Shown piece after piece: positions 24,001 to 37,635 of a DNA stretch of 64,000 bases. The position numbers and the translations under genes are program-made. The DNA lies in NCBI RefSeq assembly GCF_001194135.2, contig NC_068999.1, positions 3,087,098-3,151,097 on the forward strand. The letters are read 5' to 3'. The notes under the pieces were generated by a model, which was not told where the DNA came from, did not search any database, and worked only from the letters and a program-made list of their open reading frames with translations. Source of the stretch: Octopus bimaculoides. Its lineage: Eukaryota. Within the stretch, counting starts at the first letter, position 1. Each line of letters starts with the position of its first letter.

Positions 24001-27000
24001 GAATGTCCCTATATTATTTTAACAAGCGAATACACATCTGAGTAAAATAAATGAATTGATCAGTAATACCAGGAAAGCGGGGTTGTTATTCCCAGTTTCC
24101 GTTTACCATTACACTGTTCCATGTCCTATCTCATTTCCTATTCAGTTCCTGTTTTATGCCCATCCCATCGTTTATTGTAATAGTTTATTGCTAAAAATAG
24201 GTATTACAAACTATTAATTCGATTAGTGGGTGAATGAGGAATGTCCCTCTATTATTTTAGCGAATGAATATGCATCTGAGTTAAATAGATAGATTTACAA
24301 ATACATTGACAGATGGTCCACCTATTGTAGCTGGTGTTGTGTTGTAGCTTATTGTAGCATGGCCATATCTCATGTTGTGCGATAAAAATGATTAAGATGT
24401 TATGGTAATTTGGATTTCATTCATCAAACTAATCTCCTGGTGATCCAACTTCCAGATCATTGGTCATTACATTGTTCCATGTCCTGTTCATGAATCCTGC
24501 GGTTGACCTTGTCTTTAATGTGACCCTAGTGTGAAGTATGGGTGCTACATGCAGAATTGTTTTTCTTTTGGAAAACTGAGTTGTTCTCACAAAGATCACA
24601 CGCTGTTTACACGAAGGATTGCAGGGTTGAGCCTCACAGAAGCCTTCCTTAATTCATATCAGTAGATGTGTTATTGATTAGTTTAACATGTATGCAAAAT
24701 TTCATCGAGATTGGTTCACTGGTGTAGGCAGCAAGATCGTAACAGACAGACAGGCAGGCAGAAATTGCCTTTTATGTATAAGATGTATGTGTTTGTGTGT
24801 GTTTATGTTTGTCCCCCACCCCACCATCACTTGACAACCAAGGTCAGTGTGTTTATGTCCCCGTGACTTAGCAGTTCAGCAAAAGACATCAATAGAATAA
24901 GTGCTAAGCTTACAAAGAATAAATGCTGGGGTCAATTTCTTTGACTGAAAAGCTTTTAATGGCAGTGCTCCAGCATGGCAGTAGCCAAATGACTGAAGCA
25001 AGTAAAAAACAAAAAAAATTTTTTTTTTTCATTTTTCTTTTTTGATATCCAACAATTCTTTTGTTTGGATAATTTTTAAAAATATTAAATTTGTGATTCA
25101 CTTATTAAACTTTCATTTACCATTCCATTGGTTTTGGTTTCAATACTTCAGCTGACACTGAGAAGTAAAGCCCCTGAACACAAGATCTGTGCTAGCTATC
25201 CCGTCCTAGGGAACCAGTTTTCAACTATGGAGAGAACGAAAGTCGAAAAGTCCCCACCTTATGCCTCCCCGAAAAGGGCTCGAGCAATGCTGAGTGTTTC
25301 ACATGAGCAAGCCATACCCATACGTAAGTAATGAATCAAAATGATACATTGAAATACTTGAATTTGTAGCTCCATCAAACCCCAAATGTTAATACAGCAC
25401 ACAGTAGATGTAATAGAAGGAGGGAATTATATTTTTATGCTGATTCCTTCCTTAAAAAATTGAATTTTATTCTAATTTGATAATTCTTGGACCGATTCGG
25501 TAATAACGGAATTTTTTAGAAATTTCTGTCAGCTTGCTTCGAGACTTGTGCTTATAGTGATGAATTATCTGTGGTTATTAACGATTAAAAGTCTATTCTC
25601 AGCATATTTGGCATAGGAATTTTTTTTTCTTTTGTCCTTATTTATAAAGTTATATTACAATGTAGATCAATAGATAATGTTATTCTATTACTATAATATA
25701 TTATGATATATATTATTATAAACTGCTGCTTAATTTTGTTGCTGTTGAGAATTAATTAAAACACAAACAGTTAACTCATTAAAAACATAACCATGGTGAG
25801 GAAAGTTTAGAATAGAAGATTCATTTAACATGTTGCTGGCTTCTAATTCTACAAAAGCTTTCATTGTAATCCTGGACAAGACACACCTCTGTGATTAGCC
25901 TTCACTAAAGGTACATCACTGTAAAAACAACCTCTTTAACTCAACACAAGTTAAAATAGAAAACCTTTTGTTCTTTGTCTTCTGATATGTAAACCTGTTT
26001 TAGCCTTCAACCATTGTAAGTTTCTTACCAAATGTTTCACCCGTTTGATTGTTTCAGCAAGCAACGAAGGAATCAAAGACAAAGCCAAAGACACCATGCG
26101 GTTCGTCCTGGACAGGTCTGGGACAGTCTCGCCTTCAGAATCGCCGCCACAGAGTTTTAGTTTCTATGACAGTATCAACTCTGATCCTCTGTTAAACTTT
26201 GAATTTGCTGGCGCCAACAGAAAAGGAGACAGTAACGTTCAGCTGAATCTGCCAACTAAAGACATCTGTGATGGGACCTCAAAAGACAGTTTTGATCCTG
26301 CTGCACTGACTGCTGACAAAAATAAAGGTTTATTCAAGTCTGTGTCACTAGATGAACGCTCTTGTGGCCCAAACCCTGTTGAATCTACAAGAAAGAATGA
26401 GATTCCTCACCAAAATGTAAATAATAAACTCGAGACCCAACTGGGAATGTCACAAGTTGTCTCATCAACTAATCCCCAGTCTCAATATCCTGAAAACAGC
26501 ACCAACAGAAAAAACCCTCCACATAAGATCAGTCATAAACGATGCCAGTCAGATGTACCATTTATTAGGAAAGAACTCAATGAGTTGCAGAAGGAAAATC
26601 CTTTTAGCAAGAGACCCAGTGTTCATTCTGTTAATTATGACACTAGATTGCTGAAAAAATCTGGTAAGGAATCCCTAATATCACTGTTTACTTCTCTATA
26701 GATTCTTCTATGGTAGACTCCAAGAGATGGTCATTGCCTGTCATTGACAATGTTTGTTGTTGCTGTTTCAAAGACTCTCTCTTCCATTTCAGCCACTTTC
26801 AACAGTCAACAGTCCATTTGTTGTCCAGATGGTAACTTGGTCCACCCTGTGCCTGGTCAGTCTCTCATCAGTTTTCTCACTTCTCAAGACTTCAACACCT
26901 GTGCCAACTTAGACAGGGTACGTTACTCCATCTCACACACTCTCTCTCTCTCCCCTATATTCATTCCCTCCATTTCACTCTCTCACACTGACACACTCCC

Positions 27001-27294
27001 TCTTTTCTTCACATACACACATTTGCTTCTCTCTCTTTTTCTCTCATTAACTCTTCTCTCTCTCTCTCTCTCTCCTCACTCAACAACCTCTCTTCTGTTT
27101 CTCTCTCTATACCATTGTTTCCATTTAATAGTTTCCAACAGACTTATTCCACTGTCACTTAAAGGACTTCTCCACTCAAGCCTTTGAGTACAACTTAGTC
27201 TTTTCACATTCACCCTTTGAGTGCAACTCACCACATCTTCCTTGAGGATTTCTCTGAATCAACTCAACCTGCCAAGTATTCAATCAAACTAATG

Positions 27295-27326
<32 letters not shown>

Positions 27327-29559
27327 TCACACTCACACTCATATACATTTATTGACATAATAAATTATCCTTGGGAGTCTCTCTGCACAAAGTGTAGTGA
27401 AACCCCGCCTAAGATATATGTTTAATCAGTTATATTAAAAGGCAAAAATGTGTTAATTCATGTCAAGAAGATCCAAACAGCTTAAAATAGAATAGGGATG
27501 TGAAATACCGAGTGAGGAGTGAATCCCACTTCTGATGGGTTTGTAAAAAAAGCTGGTAGCAGTTATGTCCCTTTACATTCTTAATATGGAATCTTGTAGA
27601 GGTCAAACCTTTTTTTTGTTTTTTTGTTTTTAAATCTTTTTTTTGTGGGTATCAATAAATTAAAGAAGCAACCCACTAGTCATCAGTTTAGTCGACTGGT
27701 TCTTCATATATGGCTTGTGGGCCTTCATTTGGGTAATATTTACCATTCTTTTAACTTTGGTTTTGTTGGAACTCCTACAGCCTTGCATGCATAGCAGGCT
27801 TGTTGACTGCAGCCTATGGTAGTACCACCATGCTATTTGTTCTCTTTAACTTTCCTCCTGATTCTGGCCTTGCCAAAGAAGCAAACTTTTTTGCAACATC
27901 TCAATTGGACACTCTATTCCGATTTCTTTTATATTCCTCTTAACACCTGCTGCTGCTGATGATGATGGTGGTGGTGATGGTGATGGTGATGGTTATTATT
28001 ATTATTATTTAGGCTGAGAGCTGGCAGAATCGTGAACACGCAGGGTGAAATGCTTAGCAATATTTCGTCCATCTTCACATTCTGAGTTCAAATTCTGCCA
28101 AGGTCGACTTTGCCTTTGCTCCTTTCAGGGTCAAAAAAATTAGTACCGGTTACTAATGGAATCAACTAGCCCCCTCCCCCTAAAATTTCATGCCTTGTGC
28201 CTATAGTAGAAAGGATTATTATTATTATTATTATTATTGAATTCCTTACAGTTCTGTTGTGAAAGGTCATCGTCTTGTTTTGCAGGAAAATGCTCATTTT
28301 AGCATTTCTGAAATCTTGATTTCTGCCATTGAACAAATGAAATGGAAGCATGTGATATCTCCACGGCGTATCTCGGATAACGAGGAAGGTGATTCCGATG
28401 AAGAAATACAACACCTCAAGCAGAGAATTCGAATACGGCGCCATGAAAGAATGAGAGAGGTAAGTGGTGGCGGCAGTGGTCTTCAGTTTTTTATTTGTTT
28501 TACTGTGGTAACGTGTGTGGTGATGGTGGTGGTGGTGAGGTGGTGGGGAAGAAGTCTACACACCAGCTTCTTATCTCACATTTGTTTTGTTCTGTGAAGT
28601 TTAAAGCCCTACCAACTGCTTCATTCAGCTTTCTCTCTCTCTCTTTCTTTTACTGAGCTATTTTGTGTGTGTGTGTGTGTGTGTGTGTGCATATATTTTC
28701 CAGTTTGAACAGACACTTGTCTTTCATTAAGACACGAGATCTTCTTGTTCTCCTTCTCCATAGATTCTCTCCATTATTATTGCAAACACCGCACTGAAAC
28801 AAAAATGTAGATCCAGTTTAAGCTATATTTATTGTATAAAGGAACATGTGAAACTGTTGGCTATATCTGCACTGATTTGAACTTAGTAGTGTGGCACAAC
28901 ATACCGGTAACTTTGTTTTTTTACCTCCTGTCCAGAAATAGTCTGTAGGTCTTGCTATAGCTTAGCACCAGTAATACTGTTTGTGTCTTTAATTATGTGA
29001 ACTATTTGCCGTGGTCTCTGTTTATTTATACAAGGATCATTTCCATCTCATCTGTAATGGTTTACATTAGCAAAGTAATCCAGCTGTGCCCATCTCTATG
29101 TAAATATTTAAATTTGTTGCTCCATTAAACCCATCCAGAGAAACAGCTGCAAGCAGAACATTTAGAAAGTAAATTCTTCTTTGATTTCCTGTCATTATCC
29201 AAATATTGATTTATTCACAGAAAGCCCGGGAGAGGCCAGCATTCAGTGATGGACGAACGGACAGTAAGTTTTCTTTTATACATTATTTGTTTTGTTTTTT
29301 TTTTAACATTTTGGTCATCGTCGTCGTCGTCGTCGTCATCATTAAGGCAACGAGCTGGCAGAATTATTAACATGTTGGACAAAATGCTTAGCAGCATCTT
29401 TTTATCCTCTTTATGTTCTGAGTTCAAATCCTGCTAAGGTTGACTTTGTCTTTCATCCTTTTGGGGATCAATGAAGTAAGTACCAGTTATGTACTGGGGT
29501 TAGTGTAATCAACTAGCCCCCTCCCCAAAATTTCAGGCCTTGTGCCTGTTGTAGAAAGG

Positions 29560-29606
<47 letters not shown>

Positions 29607-32600
29607 GGCAGTGAGCTGGCAGAATCGTTAGCATGCTGGACAAACTGCTTAGCATTTTACCTGTCACTATGTTCTGAGTTCAATTTCCACCGAGGTCAGC
29701 TTTGCCTTTCATCCTTTCAGGGTCGATGAATTAAGTACCAGTGAAACACTGGGTCGATGTAATTGACTCATCCCTTTCTCCTATATTTCAAGCCTTGTGC
29801 CTATTGTAGAAAGGATTATTAGCAACATCAATAAAAATGGCAAGGCAGTGAGCAAGCAGAATCATTAGTGCGGCAGACAAAATGCTTCGTGGCATTTCTT
29901 CTGACTCTTATGTTCTGGGTTCAAATCTCATCAAGGTTAATTTTGTCTTGGGGGTAGGCGGTGGGGGTCTATAAAATAAAGTACCAGTCAAATACTGGGA
30001 TCAAAGTAATTGACTTAACTCATCTCTTCAATTGCTGGCCTTGTGTCAAAATTAGAATTATCAATAAAAGTTTGTTGTTTGATTCTTTTTTCTTTCCAGA
30101 TAGTTCAGATTCCAGTGATGGCATTGATGATCAAGAAATAGAACTTTCGTGTAAGTTATCTTTCTATTTCAATTAAGAGGAAAACCAATTATCATCTTGG
30201 AAACTCTCGGGCGAATTTGGTTTAAAATGGTTAAAATAACACCATTCCTGTTGACAACTTTTTTCATGCACTTTCACTATTTTTTTATATTGTTTGTTCA
30301 ATCACTCCCAAAATTTACCGTTCCATCCTAACTTTTTCATCTCTTCCAATCACTTTTCCATCACTTTCTAAACATTTCCTTTGTTATTCTCCTGTTATTA
30401 CATAGTTTTGGTAACTTTCAGGTCTTTCCATATTTCCTATTCCGTGTCCAATATTTTACATGTCCTGATGTAGTTTTTTTGTTGATGGTTCTGCTCTTAA
30501 TAATTTAAACTTGTTTATAGTCCATCTCGAAATGTTGTGATTTACCAACTGTATTTCACTGTTTATTGTTTCTTTTCAGTTACCGACAGATCTGATAACT
30601 GTTCTCTGTTAAAAAACAGTGGTTTGTCTTTATCAATGGCCTCGTTGTATTCAGGTAACAACAACTCTACTTCACTTTTAAATCATTGTTCAATCATTAC
30701 CCACCATCACTTAGTCGCTGTTACTCATTTAGTCACTCATCACCATCTCTCACCACCACTCATCACTACCATCTTTAATAGTTAACCAATATCAAAATAA
30801 TTCAATTATTTATTTATTTTAGATCCTGTATTTTTTTTATAATGGGATGTAATGTTGAAGGTTTGGGTAGTAGTATGACAGTGTACTTGATAGTGGTGTG
30901 GTAATAGTCTAGTGAAGTGCTTCTCAAACTATCTGATGTGGCATACCAGTAGTTTTTTTTTTCTCAATGTGCCAGGGACCAGTAATATTTCTTAGTAATA
31001 TTAATTTATACCAGAAACAATATCTATAATGAATATAATAAAAGCTGATAATTATTTTTTATCTCATATTTATTTTATAAACAAATAATACAATATTACA
31101 TAAGCATTTTATAGGCATTTATAACGTTTCTTTCTTTTCTGGAAACTCGCTGCGTACTGGCAGCTGATGGCTCCTGGACCGGCACTGGTCCGTGGACTAC
31201 CACTTTGAGTAACACTGGTCTAGTGTACTTGGTGATAGTATGATCATGGTAGCCTGCACTACTGTCTGAGTGGTAATATTTAGTAGCAGTAGCAATGTTT
31301 GTGTTGTAGTATGTAGTGGTTTTAGAATGTGTTGTCATAAGATTTGTACGTAGTAGTAGTGGATTTGAATTAAATAACCAATTATTCTTTCATTCCTCGT
31401 TAGCCTCGATATAATTCCTCACTGATTACTGTAATTAATAAATTATTCCCATGTTTCAGATGCTGATTTGTTCCAAAGACACACAGAAAAATCTAGGTGA
31501 GATAATTCACTTTTGATTTTCTCTTTGATTCTATCACACACACACACACAATTTATTTCCATATACATTATATTCATTGGACAATAAACTTTGATTGTGA
31601 AGACCTGTTGAGGCAAGTGAAATCAAAATCGCTGACATGGCCGATGACAGTACTGCCTGATCAGCACTCGTGCCAGTAGAACGTTAGAAGCACCATCGGA
31701 GCGTGATTGTTGCCGGCGTCACCTTACTGGCACATGTGCTGGTGGCGCGTGAAAAACAACATTCAAGCACGGTCGATGCCAGTGCCGCTGGACTGGCTCC
31801 CGTGCAGGTAGCACGTAAAAGCACCCACTACACTCTCGGAGTGGTTGGCGTTGTGTTTTTTTTTTTTTGGAAAAGGTGTCTTATCCGATATAGTATATTA
31901 GTGCTACTCTTTCATACTGGACTGGTCAGCAGCAGCAATAGTAAGAAGAAAACTGTTAAACTTGCACCTGCAATTCATTTGTTGATGTGTAAATTTACAT
32001 AACTATTCTACCCATTCTTCCATGTGAAAATAGATATAAAATCTGCAACAAAGAAATAATCCAACTTTAGCATCAGAATTTCTTGATAACTTTTTTTTTT
32101 TCTATACATATATTATAAATTTCCAAGAAATTACCTTTCTTTTTATCCATTTCAATTTTTTACTTGAATATTATTGTTGTTCTTCTTTTTTCTAGCTTTA
32201 GTTCAACAATGGACAGTAGTAATAGTCCACAAGTATCTGCAGAGTCTGTGGCCATCTCTCTACTTAAGAAGTTCTCTGAGAAGCAACTTCCTAAAGCATC
32301 TGATTTGCAGTGGATGGTCTCAGAAAAAGACGCTCCACAAGCTGTAAGTTGTTTAAAATATTTTCTACAAATTTCAGACCCAGAAGATAATGGTTTAAAG
32401 ATGTGCATTTGCAACACTGCACCAGGTTCTTAACACTCTGTAGACCAATCTGTTTGATTGTTAATAGGTACAATGGTAAGGTACAGCTTATGATTGTAAA
32501 CAGCAGGAGCATTCTTGGGTAGTCAAATGCTTCATTATTTAATGTGTTTAACTGAAATCCTCCCATGCGTATGCAAAAGCTACTACAGCATGTCTATATT

Positions 32601-35600
32601 GAGGGTCTCCCTCTCTAAAATCCATTAGGCTAAGCCATTGCTGGATATCTGAAAATAGGCAAACTTTGAAAGATTTATGCATTTAATGAATATTTAAATT
32701 TAAATTTCAACTTTCTTCTTCCAATACATTTTATGTCCTTTCTTGTTCTTTGGAATCAACCTTATTCTCTTCTCTTGCAGTTACTTCCATTACCAAATTC
32801 CTATCCTGTCTCTCCAGATGATGAATACACAGATCTACGCAACAGGGTAAGTTCAGTGTTTAACCCTGACCCTAATCCTACTCAAAACCCAGAGCAATTC
32901 ACTGGAACTCGCTACAGGATATTGGTCTCACTGACCAGCACAAACACACTAGATCAGCAAATAAAAAATACTGGAATAGATTTACCATTTTTAAAACTCC
33001 TGCAAACTGGCAGAATTGTCAACACACTGGGCTTAATGCTTAGCGGCATTTTGTCTGTTTTTATGTTGTGAGTTCAAATTCCACCAAGGTCATCTTTGCC
33101 TTTCATCCCTTTGGGGTTGTTGAAATAAGTACCAGTTAAGCACTGGGGTCGATGTAATGGACTTACCCCCTCCCCCAAAATTGCTGGCCCTGTGCCAAAA
33201 TTTGAAACCACTGTTGCAGCAAAATCAAAGAGTCAGATACAACATGATGGCCTTGTGGTTCAGAATATTCACAGTGAATTTAGATTTATTCTTGGGAAGA
33301 AGAAATTTAGTTAAATCTATGGAAGTTGGCCTTGAAAGACGGTCCATATCAAAGCTGTCAAACCTCTGATTATGATTAAAATAAGTCATTAATGCTGTTT
33401 ACGTGTAGGAAATAACTGTATATTAATCACTCTTCTAATTTGGTTTCTATTTCAGACAAGGTTACGAGGCAATTTAGAATGGGCGCCACCACGTTTCCAG
33501 ATTATTTTTAGCATCCACACTGTAACAAAGTAAGTAATTCTTTTGTCACTTATTCCACAACATATTTTCTTTGTAATCTTTGCTTTTATCTTCTGATGGA
33601 TTACACAAAGCAACAAACTGTGAGGAGAAGCAGTGATTTCTCAGCTTCTAATAAATGAACTCTACTTCTTCTGTTGAGTACACTTTCTGCTGTTTGTACT
33701 TCCAAAGACATACAGAGTAGCATAGGGTAGTTTTTCCACCTGACCAGCTCCTGTGAACTGCCCTACCCATGCATGCATGGGAGATGGACACATGATGATG
33801 GCGGTGGGTGTATGTATGTATATACATGCACATACATGAAGGGCCTTAGAGTCAACCTAGCTAAAACCAAAATCCTAATAAGTAGGAAGGTAGATAAAAC
33901 ACAAACCCCTTCAGGTAGATGGCCCTGCTCAGTATGTAGAAAAGGAGTAGGTAGTAACTCTATAAGATGTACCCGGTGCAAGCTATGGACACATAAGAGG
34001 TGCAGCAACATCAAAGGCAGGTTAACTAGCAAGTTAGTTTTTGTTTGTGGCAGATGTTCAGGTGCAATAAAGACTGCAAACAAACAGGAAACAACTTCTA
34101 TCTCATTCCAGGGTGAAAAACTAGAGGTAGTCGATAGCTTCCGCTATCTGGGCGACCANNNNNNNNNNNNNNNNNNNNNNNNNNNNNNNNNNNNNNNNNN
34201 NNNNNNNNNNNNNNNNNNNNNNNNNNNNNNNNNNNNNNNNNNNNNNNNNNNNNNNNNNNNNNNNNNNNNNNNNNNNNNNNNNNNNNNNNNNNNNNNNNNN
34301 NNNNNNNNNNNNNNNNNNNNNNNNNNNNNNNNNNNNNNNNNNNNNNNNNNNNNNNNNNNNNNNNNNNNNNNNNNNNNNNNNNNNNNNNNNNNNNNNNNNN
34401 NNNNNNNNNNNNNNNNNNNNNNNNNNNNNNNNNNNNNNNNNNNNNNNNNNNNNNNNNNNNNNNNNNNNNNNNNNNNNNNNNNNNNNNNNNNNNNNNNNNN
34501 NNNNNNNNNNNNNNNNNNNNNNNNNNNNNNNNNNNNNNNNNNNNNNNNNNNNNNNNNNNNNNNNNNNNNNNNNNNNNNNNNNNNNNNNNNNNNNNNNNNN
34601 NNNNNNNNNNNNNNNNNNNNNNNNNNNNNNNNNNNNNNNNNNNNNNNNNNNNNNNNNNNNNNNNNNNNNNNNNNNNNNNNNNNNNNNNNNNNNNNNNNNN
34701 NNNNNNNNNNNNNNNNNNNNNNNNNNNNNNNNNNNNNNNNNNNNNNNNNNNNNNNNNNNNNNNNNNNNNNNNNNNNNNNNNNNNNNNNNNNNNNNNNNNN
34801 NNNNNNNNNNNNNNNNNNNNNNNNNNNNNNNNNNNNNNNNNNNNNNNNNNNNNNNNNNNNNNNNNNNNNNNNNNNNNNNNNNNNNNNNNNNNNNNNNNNN
34901 NNNNNNNNNNNNNNNNNNNNNNNNNNNNNNNNNNNNNNNNNNNNNNNNNNNNNNNNNNNNNNNNNNNNNNNNNNNNNNNNNNNNNNNNNNNNNNNNNNNN
35001 NNNNNNNNNNNNNNNNNNNNNNNNNNNNNNNNNNNNNNNNNNNNNNNNNNNNNNNNNNNNNNNNNNNNNNNNNNNNNNNNNNNNNNNNNNNNNNNNNNNN
35101 NNNNTACATACATACATGCTCACATATTCTTTTATTTAACCTGCCAAAAGTCTTTGTCTTTCTAATGCCAATGTATACTTGTCATATTACAGAAGAAATG
35201 TGGTCATTCCCAAACAGAACTATCGATGTGCAGGCTGTGGAACTCGTGTGGAACCTGGTAAGACTTTCACTAAAATTCTTCTCTCTTCTACTGTGCTGCC
35301 ACCTGACGGCTGGTAACATTATTCAGTCCATGGTCAACTTAAAGGGTAATGGGTAAAGACTCCCTTTGGTCATGAATGACCTTGGGATTGCACCTAGAAA
35401 GTTACCCTCCCAGACACAAGTCTGGGCAAGGTTGTTTATGGAAGACCATCGGTCACCCATGCAGACCAGCCTCTCCTCTCCACGCTACTGATGTTATCCA
35501 AGGGTAGGGCAAAGGGGCCGATACAACTTGGCAATAAAGAAATAAATATATTACAGGTATTGCCAATATAATGTAACAATAGCAAATGAAGAAAACAGAC

Positions 35601-37599
35601 AAGTTGAAGATTTTATGAATAAAAGATATTTTCAAAATTTGTGAACAAAGAAATGGCCAGAAAATATTCTCCAAAATGTCTTTTATAGACTTCTTATTTT
35701 TGCTACATCCATCCAATATTTACAAACGCATCTTTAGGAAAGAACAACTCTTGATCTGATTCATTGGTACACCAGGATGTATTTAGCAACACAAATATTT
35801 ACACATCAAATATTTGGACTAAATTCTCCTAATTAGAATATCTAATCTTGCTTCATTGTCAATGCATTCCTATCTTCACTGATACAATCTCAGATATTCC
35901 ATTATATTAACATCAGTCACTCATTAATGTCACTTGTGTCATTCCAGCCTACATGAAGCGGTTTCGTTATTGTGAATATCTGGGCAAGTATTTCTGCCAA
36001 TGTTGTCATACCAATGCCACTGCTTATATTCCAGCCAGGATTCTACAGAAATGGGATTTCACTAAGTACTATGTCTCCAAATATTCTTCTGATCTTTTAA
36101 CCAAAATTTTCCATGAACCCTTTTTCAATATTGAAGACATAAACCCAGCCTTATATCGCAGAGTGAAGGTTCTAGATAATATTAAACAATATCGCCAACA
36201 ATTGATACATCTAGCGACACTCATGAAAATCTGCCGACATGCAAGTATAAGGTGAGTGTTATCTCTTTAGTCTCTGAATTCATCTGGAATTTAGTCAGAA
36301 AGGAAATATCGGTAAGCACCATACAATCATGGCAATAAAAGGTCAGGGAGTTAAATATATTGCTTGGTTTTATTTCCCTATTGTGGATATTTCACTGAAA
36401 TTATATAGTTAATTGATCTGGAACAGCATGAACATCACAACTCATCTACCTCTTGCTTAAAATCAATAGTACAAATGACCCATTGATGGATACTGCTGAG
36501 TTTGAACAATTTAAAGATTTACAAACCTTTTGATTTTTGACTGTTCCACCTCTAAATCTGATTTAATTAACAGAACATGACATCATTGCTTCCTGAAGCT
36601 AAAGTTAATTATATTGTCTTAAGGTTTAATTAGGGTTGTGTTTGTAAGTCATTAACATATTTACATGACAATAAAATTATGAAAAAATAAAAAAAAGAAA
36701 CAATAAAGACATGAAATAAAACAAACAAAACTTCATTTATCTTTCTCCTTTCCATCATCAACACAGCAAAGGGTTTAATTAGGGTGATAATTAATAAAAC
36801 TCGTTAGCTACATCTGCATGACATAATAAAATTATATTTCTATTTTTCAGTATTTACCCAGCAATAGAGAATTTGTCTGGTCATTTATTTCGAGAAGTTC
36901 ATACATATTCCATTGCTGACTTGCTTTTGGTAAGAATACCATTCCTTCTACTTTAACCAATTCTTTATGCGAGCGAAAACACTAAACATATTAAATTGAC
37001 CATTTTAGAAACTGAACCCAAAACCATGTGTTTGGGAAGCAAGCTTCTTACCACACAGCCACGCTTGTGCCTAAACATCATTGATGTTAAATTCAAATTA
37101 CAATGAAAGTGAACAAAGTTTGAATGTCATGGCTGGCCGCCAACACATTTCTCTGCAAAATGTGGCTAGTTTCTCCTGTTCGTGCTGCATTATGAGCATT
37201 GTCCTGTGTTTGAGAATGAAATTATTTCCTTGTTATTGATATTGATTTGGTATGTGAGTGTTGTTGTCTTAAACACATCTTTGTCATTGGATCAAACACA
37301 AATGCGTAAAGTGCTGCAAGGGGTTCGTCGAGGGTTTATAGTGCCATCGATTAGACAACTGTCCCTTGATAACCATGAAGGTTTCTGTAAATCTGCTGCT
37401 ATCACTGTTTGAACTCTAAGCCCTCATACCACTGGTTACTCTGTTTGGTTTCAGGTGAAAAATGGTGAGTTATTAGCAATGCTGAAGAAATTTGTGACAA
37501 ATGGCATCAACCATGTTAAAGAGTGTGAGGTAAGTTATTTCCTGAAAGCCTATCATTGATGTTGAATTGAGTCTGATTAATCTTAATAGAGAACAATCT

Positions 37600-37635
<36 letters not shown>

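Noticed and set aside
33773-35356. 527-aa ORF and the three minus-strand 321-341-aa ORFs over the same interval
   Set aside because: Mostly X from the 946-N gap. Only the LINE part (33838-34158) is real, and Rubicon exon 16 is in a different frame.
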